This document shows, piece after piece, positions 46,782-56,479 of a stretch of DNA of 64,000 nt. The position numbers and the translations under genes are program-made. Source of the DNA: a virus (taxonomy: Duplodnaviria; Caudoviricetes); the IMG/VR virus record IMGVR_UViG_2887663082_000001, positions 1 to 64,000 of that record; one strand, given 5' to 3'. The notes beneath the pieces are model-generated. The model was not told the origin of the DNA. It was given only the letters and a program-made list of their open reading frames with translations, and did not search any database. Numbering within the stretch: position 1 is the stretch's first letter; each line of letters opens with the position of its first letter.

Positions 46782-47396
46782 TTAGATAAATAATTTTTCG
46801 ATCTCTGAACGGTTCTGGACCGCCATACCAGAGAGTTGAAGGTTCACTACATTGGAGATGAAATAACCGTCTGATGTTTTCGGCGCATCGAGGTTATACG
46901 ACACGTCCTGAATCACGACGTCGGCCAGAATGAAACGCCGACCAATGTTCACGGTGACAGAGTTTGGGCGACGGCCACCAGGCGTTGTGTCATTGAGCTC
47001 CGGGGAGATCATCTGGCATAAACGAGTGATGGCACCGTCAACTTCAACTGCTGCGTTACTGATAGCGAGCAATTCAAGCGGCAGAGTAAGGGCTGGTGGC
47101 TGTGAACCTTGCCACACCATCAGGCTGTTCCAGCGCGATACAGAGGTTGTCGTCGTCACGGACTGCGCCATGTTAGAGAGCGTCTCAATACCAGCGATAG
47201 AACCGGCGTTATCCCCCTCAAACGGGCTTGTCCAGGCTGACGCTATTTGCATAGATGCGCCCTGGCCGATATAGCCGATCACGCAGTATTCAGCCGACGT
47301 AATGTAGGCCTTCAGATAAGGGCTAACACCATCAGCACCGATCGCACCGTAATACTCCATTGATACCTCAAACAGGCCACCATCGCTGGTGGCCAT
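46782..47396 (-). CDS. pmgG: PmgG-like tail protein
   Basis: ADGVSPYLK, WTSPF and MISPEL motifs; synteny. Confidence 0.7.
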   Translation of the reverse strand: MATSDGGLFEVSMEYYGAIGADGVSPYLKAYITSAEYCVIGYIGQGASMQIASAWTSPFEGDNAGSIAGIETLSNMAQSVTTTTSVSRWNSLMVWQGSQPPALTLPLELLAISNAAVEVDGAITRLCQMISPELNDTTPGGRRPNSVTVNIGRRFILADVVIQDVSYNLDAPKTSDGYFISNVVNLQLSGMAVQNRSEIEKLFI

Positions 47397-47401
47397 ATCC
47401 G

Positions 47402-48136
47402 TTAGCCGATACGCTTAGCGCGCAGTTTCATGGATTTTTTACGGTGCAACTTGCCCTGAGCCGAACCGGCTTTACGCTGTGCTTTTTTCAGCGCCATGCG
47501 TTGAGCTGCGGTGCGACGATGCTTTTTGAAAGGCTTGCGGATTAACTTCACTTTGCCGTTGCGCACAACTTTTTTCAGCGCTTCGGTCATGGTGTCGTCA
47601 CCGCTGACAGAGTAGGTGGCCACCAGCTCATCTTTTTCATCGTCGTCGATGTCATTGAGCTGAGATGCAATGCTTGCGCCCATCTCATCATCTGCGTCGT
47701 CGAAGAAAGATGTAACGGCATCATCATCGATGCCAACACTGATCATGAAGTTCGCCATCTCAGCCAGGACGTTGTAGTAGTCGTCCAGTTCATCATCGGT
47801 TGGTTCGTCGGTGTCGCCATCGATGCCCGCGAGGGACTGAGCATACGCGTCCAGGCTGTCGTAAGACGTGTCGTCGCTGCTGGCCCAGTCAAAGACCGCA
47901 TCAGCAGAATCGCCGAGGCTTGCGCTGGCCATCTGTGCGGATACGGCTTCCAGAATCATCTGGTGAGCTTTATCCGGAGTGATTTCGACGTCAGGCTTTT
48001 TACCGTCCTTGTCAGGATCGCCAGGGTCTTTATTACCGCGACTCTCCATCATGAAAGAAGTATGGGTTTTGCCACCCATCGCGATGGTTGCCAGCTCATC
48101 AGTCTGGCTACCGCCGTTTTGAAAGAATTTAGCCAT
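47402..48136 (-). CDS. P1 gp21-like protein (acidic core, basic C-terminus)
   Basis: Start MAKFF at 48136; KKVVRNGKVKLIRK...TAAQRMALKKA resembles prohead core proteins. Confidence 0.65.
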   Translation of the reverse strand: MAKFFQNGGSQTDELATIAMGGKTHTSFMMESRGNKDPGDPDKDGKKPDVEITPDKAHQMILEAVSAQMASASLGDSADAVFDWASSDDTSYDSLDAYAQSLAGIDGDTDEPTDDELDDYYNVLAEMANFMISVGIDDDAVTSFFDDADDEMGASIASQLNDIDDDEKDELVATYSVSGDDTMTEALKKVVRNGKVKLIRKPFKKHRRTAAQRMALKKAQRKAGSAQGKLHRKKSMKLRAKRIG

Positions 48137-48144
48137 AATTTGCC

Positions 48145-49746
48145 TTATCGAATAACAACAGGTTTGCCGAGCAGACGACGAGCCGAGCCGGTAGGGCAGG
48201 CCCACCAGGTGACAGCCCAGTAATCGATCTCAACCTGCTTAACTACGAGGATGAAAGGTTCAGTGCCGTCGGAATCAGGATCACGCGGAGTGACCAAAGC
48301 ACCAGCTGCGTGGAAGCGCTCTAATACTTTCGTCATTTCGCGCGTCAGGCTTTCTTCAGTCACGCCGTCCGGCTGGTGTTTCAGCGTGCGGCCCAGCTGG
48401 AAGAAGAAGCGGCTGATTGCGTCAAAAGTGGAGGACACGTGCTGGAAGCGCAGGTAGTTCTCTTCGCTGTAGGTAGTTAGCGCATCATCAATAATCATCT
48501 GGCCAGAAGAGCTGGTGGCCACTTTGTTGATGCGCGCCGTGTACATTTCGTCGAAATCTGGCGTACCAATACCGTCGATCGGTTCGAGCTGAGCGCGGTT
48601 GATGAGTGCACGAGTTTCGCCCGCCGGTGAGTAGTGCCAGCCACCAACATCGGTGTTAAGAGCAATACCACGAGCTTTCGCCGCGTAGGCAGCACCGGAC
48701 AGACCAAATGCCACGCGGGCCTGCGTCCATTTGTCTTTGCAGGTGAACGGGAAGTGATACATCGAGCAGGAAACGTAATCGACGCCCACCAGCCCGGTAG
48801 ATTCCTGTTCCGTTATCGCCTCTGCATAGGTCAGCGTCGGTTTGAGGTCAAAGTAGCCATCGATACGACGGTCCTGGCAGATATCACCCAACAGGGTATA
48901 GGACGGCGTGCTGTAGCAGCCAAGCCCCAGAACAGCGGTGTAATTCACATTGGCGTTACTGAGGATCTCAATAGCCTTTTTATACTGCTCATCGGAGATA
49001 TTGGACTGATCGCCGTTGGTGCCGCCAACAAACGTGACATCGGTAATGTTGCCAAGGTTTACACCGGCAGCTGCGGTAAGGTCGCAGGTCGCGCCCAGAT
49101 AAGCAGAACGAGATTCAAGCGCCGTAGTAATGAAGCAAGGGCGGCCCATCGCATCGGTCTCTTCGGAATCAAGAGATACAACGGTGCTTTCCAGAACGGT
49201 GACGGTACCGAGTTTGCTGGTTTCCTTCAGCGTCAGGGTAAAGCGATTGGCGTTGAGCTTGTCCGGGGTGAAAGAGATGCTACGGTTAGTCGACGGGTCA
49301 CCATCGATAGGGTAGATAGTCAGGAACTGCTTGTCCTTCAGCTCTACACTCTGCCCATATGCCAGCGCATCGGTCGCAGTTACCGCGTTAACGTCGCCGG
49401 TAGACGCGGATTCTTTGCTGAAGCTGATAGTCGGGAACTTTGCATCTTCCGGAACAACACGCACTACATAACCGTCGGTCTGTTGAACGGCTTCGAAGAC
49501 GTGGCGCATTGGTTCAAAATGACTACCTTCCTGCGGGCGAATTGGGTCGCCGAGGACATCCATATAATTGGATTTGGTGATCTTTAACGCCTTAAACGGT
49601 TTCCCACGTGCGAACACACCTACGCCAGCCCACAGGGACTGATTAAGGTTAGAACCCACGGTCGCTGTTTTGCTTGCATCAATGGCGGCAACCGCAACTG
49701 CGGAAACGTTAGTCAACGTAAAAGGGATACTGAAATTAGAACTCAT
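48145..49746 (-). CDS. Tail sheath protein (gp22)
   Basis: 533 aa; GVFARGKP, GWHYSPAG..R and CPTGSARR motifs. Confidence 0.85.
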   Translation of the reverse strand: MSSNFSIPFTLTNVSAVAVAAIDASKTATVGSNLNQSLWAGVGVFARGKPFKALKITKSNYMDVLGDPIRPQEGSHFEPMRHVFEAVQQTDGYVVRVVPEDAKFPTISFSKESASTGDVNAVTATDALAYGQSVELKDKQFLTIYPIDGDPSTNRSISFTPDKLNANRFTLTLKETSKLGTVTVLESTVVSLDSEETDAMGRPCFITTALESRSAYLGATCDLTAAAGVNLGNITDVTFVGGTNGDQSNISDEQYKKAIEILSNANVNYTAVLGLGCYSTPSYTLLGDICQDRRIDGYFDLKPTLTYAEAITEQESTGLVGVDYVSCSMYHFPFTCKDKWTQARVAFGLSGAAYAAKARGIALNTDVGGWHYSPAGETRALINRAQLEPIDGIGTPDFDEMYTARINKVATSSSGQMIIDDALTTYSEENYLRFQHVSSTFDAISRFFFQLGRTLKHQPDGVTEESLTREMTKVLERFHAAGALVTPRDPDSDGTEPFILVVKQVEIDYWAVTWWACPTGSARRLLGKPVVIR

Positions 49747-49801
49747 TCAGAACTGTCCTGTTTAGCGCCCCAGCGGGGCGCGTTTGGTTGAAATCGTTTG
49801 A

Positions 49802-51529
49802 TTAGTTGCTGGAGGAGCTCTCGATCACGCCGCCGGTGCGGAAGTTCAGGCCGCCAACTTTGAGGTTGGTGAGGGTGAACAGCGTGAAGTAGTCCTGGCC
49901 GTTTCGTGGGTGAATACGGTTAATGGAGGAACCCCACAGAGTGGTGCGGTCCACCAGCGCCGGAGTGGTCGGGTGTTTGAACGGAATAACCGGAACAGCA
50001 TCACCGGTGATGAAGCCTGCTTTGCCAGGGTTTTCATCGCGGCAATAGCACAGGATGTCGTAGGAGTGGAACTCGATGCCGCTATTGGTGAATGCAGTGC
50101 AAACGCCAGAAGGGATCTCGAACACTTTGATGCCGTTGAACAGCGTACCGATGAAGTGAACGTATGGAACCTGAGTGTAGTTCTCTGCTGCGGTGAACAG
50201 GTTCGGCGGCAACATCTTGATGAAACCAGCCGCGTCAGCGCCCGCGAACATACCGACAGAGCCGGTGGTACGGGTACGCTCTGCGATGTCGCGGAATACC
50301 TGCTGCACCTTACCTTTGAACATCATGGTCCAGACATCCAGATTGGTATCCTGCGGGATAGCCACATCGTAGGTATCGGTGTATTTACAGCGGCGGATCA
50401 TGGTGCGCAGACGCAGCATGTCCTGCTCATGAGACAGGTAATCTTTCAGGGTACGGTACTGCAGGGAATCCAGATCGATACCGAATTCGCGCTGCGCATC
50501 GTAGGCTGCCATTACGCTATGTTCTGCGGCCAGAGCATACTGTGATGGGTACACAGTCCATTCACGCATTTCCTGGTTAATAACCGGGATGTATTCAGGA
50601 GCCTGCTCGATGTTGATCTCAACTTCAGCTTCCAGCTCAACGCCAGAGTCCAGCGGCTGCGAGAAGGTGAGGTCGATCTGACCTTTCGCATAGTCAATGA
50701 CACCGGTAAGAACGTTCTGCTGCCCATCGGCATTAGCAAAGTCATAAATGATTTTGCCGGTATTACCGCTGGTGGACGTATCAACATCTGTCGCTTCATT
50801 GTTGATGTAAAGGACCGAGCGGCCTTTACGGATCGGAATTTCTTTACCGTGTTCAAAGTCGGAGGTTTTGAAGCTGAAAGAGGTGGTCGCGCCATCGCCT
50901 TTAGCCGCCAGCACGTAGTTGCGGCGCATTTGAGCGTATTGGCCAACGGACTGCATGTCCAGCTGATCGCCCTGGGTAAAATCGCCGAAGGTGGTACCGG
51001 CTACGTTGATGATTTCGTAGATTTTGGACTTGTCACGCGGTACCGGGATGAAGGTACACGCATCACCAGTTTGCGCACCCAGCGCAACCGGCAGGATCAT
51101 CGCCAGGAAGATCGGCTGACGGATGATACCGTCCTGGCTGGACATCACTTCAGTGTTGATGGATTCCAGCATGAAATCGGTGGTCGATTTTTTGCCGCCA
51201 GCCTGGTTATTTTCCAGAATGAGACAGTTTTCGAGGGTTTGGTGGGCTGCTGCCAGTACTTCCGGACGCGGAGCGCGTTTATGCGTGTTGGAGTAATCCG
51301 CGATTGCAGCACCCCAGGCAGACAGAACCGAACGCTGAACGTCGGGGGAAACGCCTTCGAAGATAGGATCTTGCTTCGCCGCTTCCATCATCGATGCAAC
51401 GCGCAGCTCAGGGTCCTGGATGAAGCCATTCTGATCGAACTGCGCATCGGAGCAGTAGCGGGTCACGAGACGCGCACTGTTCGAAATTTCGGCAATGCGT
51501 TTACGAAACTCTTTGTTGTTGTCGGACAT
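49802..51529 (-). CDS. Major capsid protein (gp23)
   Basis: MLES processing motif; AMILPVALGA and EHSVMAAYDAQREFG; late promoter at 51561-51579. Confidence 0.85.
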   Translation of the reverse strand: MSDNNKEFRKRIAEISNSARLVTRYCSDAQFDQNGFIQDPELRVASMMEAAKQDPIFEGVSPDVQRSVLSAWGAAIADYSNTHKRAPRPEVLAAAHQTLENCLILENNQAGGKKSTTDFMLESINTEVMSSQDGIIRQPIFLAMILPVALGAQTGDACTFIPVPRDKSKIYEIINVAGTTFGDFTQGDQLDMQSVGQYAQMRRNYVLAAKGDGATTSFSFKTSDFEHGKEIPIRKGRSVLYINNEATDVDTSTSGNTGKIIYDFANADGQQNVLTGVIDYAKGQIDLTFSQPLDSGVELEAEVEINIEQAPEYIPVINQEMREWTVYPSQYALAAEHSVMAAYDAQREFGIDLDSLQYRTLKDYLSHEQDMLRLRTMIRRCKYTDTYDVAIPQDTNLDVWTMMFKGKVQQVFRDIAERTRTTGSVGMFAGADAAGFIKMLPPNLFTAAENYTQVPYVHFIGTLFNGIKVFEIPSGVCTAFTNSGIEFHSYDILCYCRDENPGKAGFITGDAVPVIPFKHPTTPALVDRTTLWGSSINRIHPRNGQDYFTLFTLTNLKVGGLNFRTGGVIESSSSN

Positions 51530-51758
51530 AATCAAGCCTTTTTGGTTTTCAGACGGCTTGATTATGCTGAAAGTTACATCTCGATTTATTTTTGATTAGT
51601 ACTTTAGGTAAGAAAAAGGCGCTTGCGCGCCTTTGGGATTTCCATGTACCGATTTGCAAAAGGACTGTCAAGATAAAGGCGTCAAAAAGACGCCTTGAAA
51701 TAACTTTCTAAAAGTAAACGACATGAAAAACTCATGCTTAACTAACATAAATTAGTAT

Positions 51759-52097
51759 TTACTGTTTGTCTATCCCTACGGCTCCATTTATGCGGTTCAC
51801 TGTGATGTTGTGATCGTTAACCACCGCCAGCCCGACACGTGTAGCCTCTATGTACGCGGGATAATCGCCGTAAACTTTTACATCATAAGCGGGCATCGGA
51901 CACATCCAGGCACTAACGCCAGCCGGTGCAGCCTCAACGCGAATACTTGGCGTTGAAGGAGTCAATTGACTCCCGCTGCATGCTGATAACACTATCGGCA
52001 ACAGGAGCAACAGCGCACCCTTTCTCACCCTGTAGAGTTCGGAGCTTGCTCTGCAGCTCGTTACTTTTTTTCTGATATTCTTGAGCGTGTTTTTCAT
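51759..52097 (-). CDS. o-spanin-like lipoprotein (P1 mlp position)
   Basis: Lipobox VLSAC; overlaps the upstream TM coiled-coil gene. Confidence 0.7.
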   Translation of the reverse strand: MKNTLKNIRKKVTSCRASSELYRVRKGALLLLLPIVLSACSGSQLTPSTPSIRVEAAPAGVSAWMCPMPAYDVKVYGDYPAYIEATRVGLAVVNDHNITVNRINGAVGIDKQ

Positions 52098-52383
52098 TGG
52101 TCTGACTCTCTTTGTTTAGCTGCTCTGCTTTTGCCGCATAGAACCCGGATTTTTCTTCTGCTACCCGCTTGGCGATATCCAGCGTGGTGATCTGCTGGTC
52201 TTTACTGCCAATAGTTTTGTTGAGCGTATTGATTGCCGTAGCCTGCGTATCTACCGTCGTAAGCACGCCATCCAGCCAGCACCACCCCAGGTAGCCAGCA
52301 ATGCCAACTATCGTGATAAGCGCCACCAGCGAGATGGTTTTCAGGTTCGGTAGCGATAACCATCCTTTAATCAGATCAAACAT
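51934..52383 (-). CDS. i-spanin-like protein (P1 ppfA position)
   Basis: N-terminal TM, coiled coil and C-terminal Cys (CAVAPV). Confidence 0.72.
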   Translation of the reverse strand: MFDLIKGWLSLPNLKTISLVALITIVGIAGYLGWCWLDGVLTTVDTQATAINTLNKTIGSKDQQITTLDIAKRVAEEKSGFYAAKAEQLNKESQTNEKHAQEYQKKSNELQSKLRTLQGEKGCAVAPVADSVISMQRESIDSFNAKYSR

Positions 52384-53123
52384 TATTCGTCCCCCTTCAG
52401 GGCGCTAAGTACCGCTGCAGGTGTAATGGCGGTAATGGCACTGCCTACCGTGCTGTCATTCACTGACGAGTTAACCAATGCCACTGATATCGCGTTGCTA
52501 TAGGCGGTTTGAGCAGAGTTGCAGCTGGTGACCGCATCTTGATAGATGGTATTCAGTGAGTCACCGGCAGCGGTGACAGCAGTCATTGCAGTTTTGAATC
52601 CGGCTACGGCATCTGCCAGCGCTTTTATCTGCGCGTCTGTGAGTGATACGCCAGCACCGACGGCCAGAGATGTGTTTATGGCGTCCATTGCAGCTTTAAG
52701 GGCTGATGCATCGAGGGTGGCCAGCGCATCTCGCAGCGCCCCAGGATGTGTATCGTCAGTGATTGCTTTTGACACCGGCAACTCGGTTGCTTCCTGCTCG
52801 TTCGCTCGACAGTAGACATCCCAACCGATGGAAAGCTGGATCAATGCTGACGGTGATGTGTAACCACGAAGCAGTTGCGCGTGGTTGTCTGCAGACTTGG
52901 ACAAGTCGGACAGACTGGCAGACCAAGTTGTTATCTGCGTGGTGTTGGCGCTGATCGTCGCCGGGTATTGGACCGTTGAAAGGATAAGCCCTTTCAGCAG
53001 CGTGCTGGTTGCCGCCGAGCTGGTGGCTGCTTCCGTACAGATGTTTACGGCTGGCGGTGTAATCATGCCACCGGCGGATACGAGCTCTTTGTACGCGTTT
53101 AGCTGATTTGTTGTTGAGAGCAT
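52383..53123 (-). CDS. upfB: UpfB-like Ala-rich virion protein
   Basis: 246 aa; QLNAYKEL and IGWDVYC; synteny. Confidence 0.55.
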   Translation of the reverse strand: MLSTTNQLNAYKELVSAGGMITPPAVNICTEAATSSAATSTLLKGLILSTVQYPATISANTTQITTWSASLSDLSKSADNHAQLLRGYTSPSALIQLSIGWDVYCRANEQEATELPVSKAITDDTHPGALRDALATLDASALKAAMDAINTSLAVGAGVSLTDAQIKALADAVAGFKTAMTAVTAAGDSLNTIYQDAVTSCNSAQTAYSNAISVALVNSSVNDSTVGSAITAITPAAVLSALKGDE

Positions 53124-53125
53124 GA

Positions 53126-53410
53126 TTATCCAACCTTAACGAGGGGATCGCCGCTGGTAACGGTCGAGCCGCAAGATACCGGGTCGCCTTCGCACACCAC
53201 GGCTTTCCCGCCGATAGTGAACCAGGGGCGGGTTGATAAGGCGTTACCCGGATGAGAAGAGTTGCCGTCAGAGTGTTCGGGGTAGGCGTTGCCCTCCACC
53301 AGCACGCCAATACCGTTTACCTTTACGAATTCAACGGCCTCAGCTGGCGGCCTGGAGGGGAAACCTCCGTGCCCGGAACAAATTGAGGTTTTTACAGCGA
53401 TGTTCGACAT
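53126..53410 (-). CDS. upfC: PAAR-like spike tip (UpfC)
   Basis: CSGHGGFPSRP...GDPVSCGS; 94 aa from the ATG at 53410. Confidence 0.85.
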   Translation of the reverse strand: MSNIAVKTSICSGHGGFPSRPPAEAVEFVKVNGIGVLVEGNAYPEHSDGNSSHPGNALSTRPWFTIGGKAVVCEGDPVSCGSTVTSGDPLVKVG

Positions 53411-53640
53411 AAAAAAGCCCACAGTTGTTGAGACTGTGGGCAGTGTATGGATAGTTACATTTAAAGGGGATGCTTCGAAGTAACAATTGAGGTTAGTAGG
53501 TAAAAAATGGGTGTGTATCAATATAAAGTGCTTGTGTTATGCACTAAAACACTAGATGTAGTAGAGAAAGTCAGATGAAAAATTAAACATGTGTTTTGGT
53601 TAATACATGATATTATTACATTATTAAGAGAGGGGGGATT

Positions 53641-54240
53641 ATGTCTCAAGAAATGAAAATTGAGTCTATTCAAAAATTCAATATGCCACGTGTACCGCAG
53701 TCGGTGTACACCCAGGCCATTGCTGCAGCTAAGCTAGCTAACCTTCCCTGTGAATCAATTAAGGCCATTGAGGCGATCAAAGCTGCCCAAGAGATGAACG
53801 TTGTGAAAATGACAAAACATCCCTCTATACAGCAGATTATGGCTGCAGCGAAGGCTGCGAGCGGATTGTCATCAACTGGCCCTCTGCCGGACGTTAACGC
53901 CATAAACATAGTTATATCGAATTTAATGGCGCACTCTAAGGTCGAAGATTTAGCGGTAGGACCGTTGTCTAAAGCCGATATGGACAACGCTCGCTCTTTG
54001 CTAAATGCAAGAAACAATATCGAAGTCTTGCTTCAGGAAACCCGCTATGAAACGGAATTACTACGAGCTCATATCAATGAGTACGTAACTCCGGCTAAGT
54101 CGGTTTGGGAGACCATTATAAATTGGTTCTCACCTAAAAAAGATAACAATGATTATTACCATAAATCACTTAACGCAGCACTGGCCAACTCCATGGACTC
54201 GGTTAATGTCGCTCTTAAAAAAAGTGGGCTGTTTAAATAA
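53641..54240 (+). CDS. Hypothetical protein (accessory cassette gene 1)
   Basis: 199 aa; strong RBS; opposite to the flanking operons. Confidence 0.7.
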   Translation: MSQEMKIESIQKFNMPRVPQSVYTQAIAAAKLANLPCESIKAIEAIKAAQEMNVVKMTKHPSIQQIMAAAKAASGLSSTGPLPDVNAINIVISNLMAHSKVEDLAVGPLSKADMDNARSLLNARNNIEVLLQETRYETELLRAHINEYVTPAKSVWETIINWFSPKKDNNDYYHKSLNAALANSMDSVNVALKKSGLFK

Positions 54241-54272
54241 TTAAGTGGCTTGGATGCCATTTTTTCTTTGGA

Positions 54273-54869
54273 TTGTTTATGGCAAGTACCGATACAGAAC
54301 CTAAGTATGTGTTCGACAAACTGGTTAGGAACAAAAACGACGCTCTCCAGTTACTCTCCTATGCGCTTTACTGTGCAGCCAAAAATGGCATGGCGCACAA
54401 ATGGCACAAGGAAGGTAGAACTCAGCTGGAAATTGATGCCAATTTAAAGGCTTACCATCAGACCATTGCACAGGACTCTGACGTCCAACTTTTATTTCAT
54501 GAAAGTGCAAAGAAGCTTCATGCTGAATATACCCAAAGTGTGAGAGCCAAAGCTATAAGCGAATTTGTAGAAAAGATACAAGTTAATCAGGTTTCCAAGG
54601 AATCAACTTGGCAATGGGCAAAAACTAAACTCTGGGATGCAGTAGCTGGCGTTGCTGCTTCGGTAGTCGTCATTGTCTTATGTGTCGGGCTGGCATCATT
54701 GTTCGCGGGAAAAGAAAAGCGAGACGCTATACTTGAAGCTGGTGCTGAAGAAGCAAAAGATATGGTCAATGGTAACCTTCCTGTTATAGATAAATACCGT
54801 GACATTATGGCTAAAAAGCATTCTTCGAAGGAGCATCAAGCTAACGTAGAACAAACCACATTGAAATAA
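54273..54869 (+). CDS. Hypothetical single-TM protein (accessory cassette gene 2)
   Basis: About 196-198 aa; TM AVAGVAASVVVIVLCVGLASLF; hairpin at 54868-54885. Confidence 0.7.
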   Translation: MFMASTDTEPKYVFDKLVRNKNDALQLLSYALYCAAKNGMAHKWHKEGRTQLEIDANLKAYHQTIAQDSDVQLLFHESAKKLHAEYTQSVRAKAISEFVEKIQVNQVSKESTWQWAKTKLWDAVAGVAASVVVIVLCVGLASLFAGKEKRDAILEAGAEEAKDMVNGNLPVIDKYRDIMAKKHSSKEHQANVEQTTLK

Positions 54870-54923
54870 AGCCCTTACGGGCTTTATTTGATTCAGAATT
54901 AAACTCAACCCTTTTTAAAGGCC

Positions 54924-55619
54924 TCATACTTCCGCTTTAAACTCGCGGAGTTTCGCCATGGCCTTATCCAGATCTGACATCCCATCAACCATCGAGTCGA
55001 AAGCTTTTGTCACTTTCTGATACGCCTGAAGCACTTCGCGGCGTATAGGTTCCAGCTGCTTAGTGATAGCGTCACGAGCTGTCAGCGATTCTTTTACTTC
55101 TTTGGCGCGAGTGCTGGCCATCTCGGAAATTTTCATCAGCTGCTCTGGGCTGAATCCGGCCAGTGGATCGGATGAATGTGATTGATTAAGTTGTTTTGAA
55201 ATCATGGTTTCTTCTCTAAGACGATTAAGGCATTTGCGGCAAGTTTCCAGCGGCTTGCCGTAGTTATCAGGAAATTCAGAAAGAGGTTTGCTTATGCCGC
55301 ATGACATGCATTGGTGCTCTGTAGGGGCGGCTTTACTCCACGAACGCACAACCTCATCCAATTCAACTTCAACGGAATCGACAAACTTCATGTGCTGAAA
55401 CCAGATTTTTTCTTTTCCCGGCTTGCCAGTTCGCTTGACCTTCAGCGCGTTGGTAGATTCGATAATCTCTACCAGCTGCTTACGCTCTTTTTTGCTTAAA
55501 ACCGTGTATGCATCCACCTTATACAGATCGGACTCTTCCACACCGTTGGGATAGCGTAATACGTATGCTTTCACCCGGCTAAGAGCCCGCTCTAAATTAG
55601 GCGGGGTCGTTCTGCCCAT
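54924..55619 (-). CDS. Hypothetical protein with Cys4 zinc ribbon and coiled coil
   Basis: CMSC...CRKC; translationally coupled to dam. Confidence 0.7.
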   Translation of the reverse strand: MGRTTPPNLERALSRVKAYVLRYPNGVEESDLYKVDAYTVLSKKERKQLVEIIESTNALKVKRTGKPGKEKIWFQHMKFVDSVEVELDEVVRSWSKAAPTEHQCMSCGISKPLSEFPDNYGKPLETCRKCLNRLREETMISKQLNQSHSSDPLAGFSPEQLMKISEMASTRAKEVKESLTARDAITKQLEPIRREVLQAYQKVTKAFDSMVDGMSDLDKAMAKLREFKAEV

Positions 55620-56479
55620 TATTGAAGTACCCCCAAAATATCAGTTGTGGTTTCGCGTGAGCCGCCGTTACACGAAATCGACTGGCGGCGCGGTATGTGA
55701 TGAATAGTGAAGCCTGCGTGGCGATAAAGCTCATCGATGGCGGGGGCGCAGGAATTGGATATGACAATTTTCGCTCCACGCCGGTGGGCGGTGGTGCATG
55801 CGTTTACGAGGTCTGTCTGATCCTGCCAGTTGAATCCGCCGGGAGTGTACTCTCCGAACATTGGTTGTCCGGGCAGTGGTTCATAAGGGGGATCGCAGTA
55901 AACCACGTCGCCCTCACCGGCGAGGCTGATGGTCTTGCGGAAATCGCTATGCATGAACACGAAATTGTGGGCGTTCTGCGCGAAAGCTATGATTTCATCT
56001 TCCGGGAAGTAGGGCGCTTTGTAGTGTCCAAAGCTGGTGTTGAATCCACCAGAAAGGTTGTATCGCATCAGGCCGTTGTAACTATGCCGGTTCAGAAATA
56101 GAAACGCTGCAGCGCGCTCAGGCCCGTTAAGCATTTGGAGATTGAACTCCTTACGGACATTTGAATAACCGCTTGGGGTGTTGTTATTTTCAAAATATCT
56201 GCGCGCCCTCCTGATAACGATATCCGGAACAACGGACAGCATTTGATACATCGCGATGAGGTCCGGATTGACGTCAGCCAGTAGGAACGAACCGTGTTTA
56301 TCTGAGTTGGTAAAGACCGAACCACCGCCCACAAACGGCTCAATTAGGCGCAGGCCCTCCGGAATAAGGGGCAAAATTTGTTGCAGCTGACGCTGCTTAC
56401 CACCAGCCCATTTCAAAACGGAATTAATTATTCGATTTGGTCCTGGAGGGCGGCTTTTAAGGTCCTCACGACTACTCAT
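55619..56479 (-). CDS. dam: Dam-family DNA adenine methylase
   Basis: LKWAGGK, EPFVGGGSV and DPPY motifs. Confidence 0.93.
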   Translation of the reverse strand: MSSREDLKSRPPGPNRIINSVLKWAGGKQRQLQQILPLIPEGLRLIEPFVGGGSVFTNSDKHGSFLLADVNPDLIAMYQMLSVVPDIVIRRARRYFENNNTPSGYSNVRKEFNLQMLNGPERAAAFLFLNRHSYNGLMRYNLSGGFNTSFGHYKAPYFPEDEIIAFAQNAHNFVFMHSDFRKTISLAGEGDVVYCDPPYEPLPGQPMFGEYTPGGFNWQDQTDLVNACTTAHRRGAKIVISNSCAPAIDELYRHAGFTIHHIPRRQSISCNGGSRETTTDILGVLQ

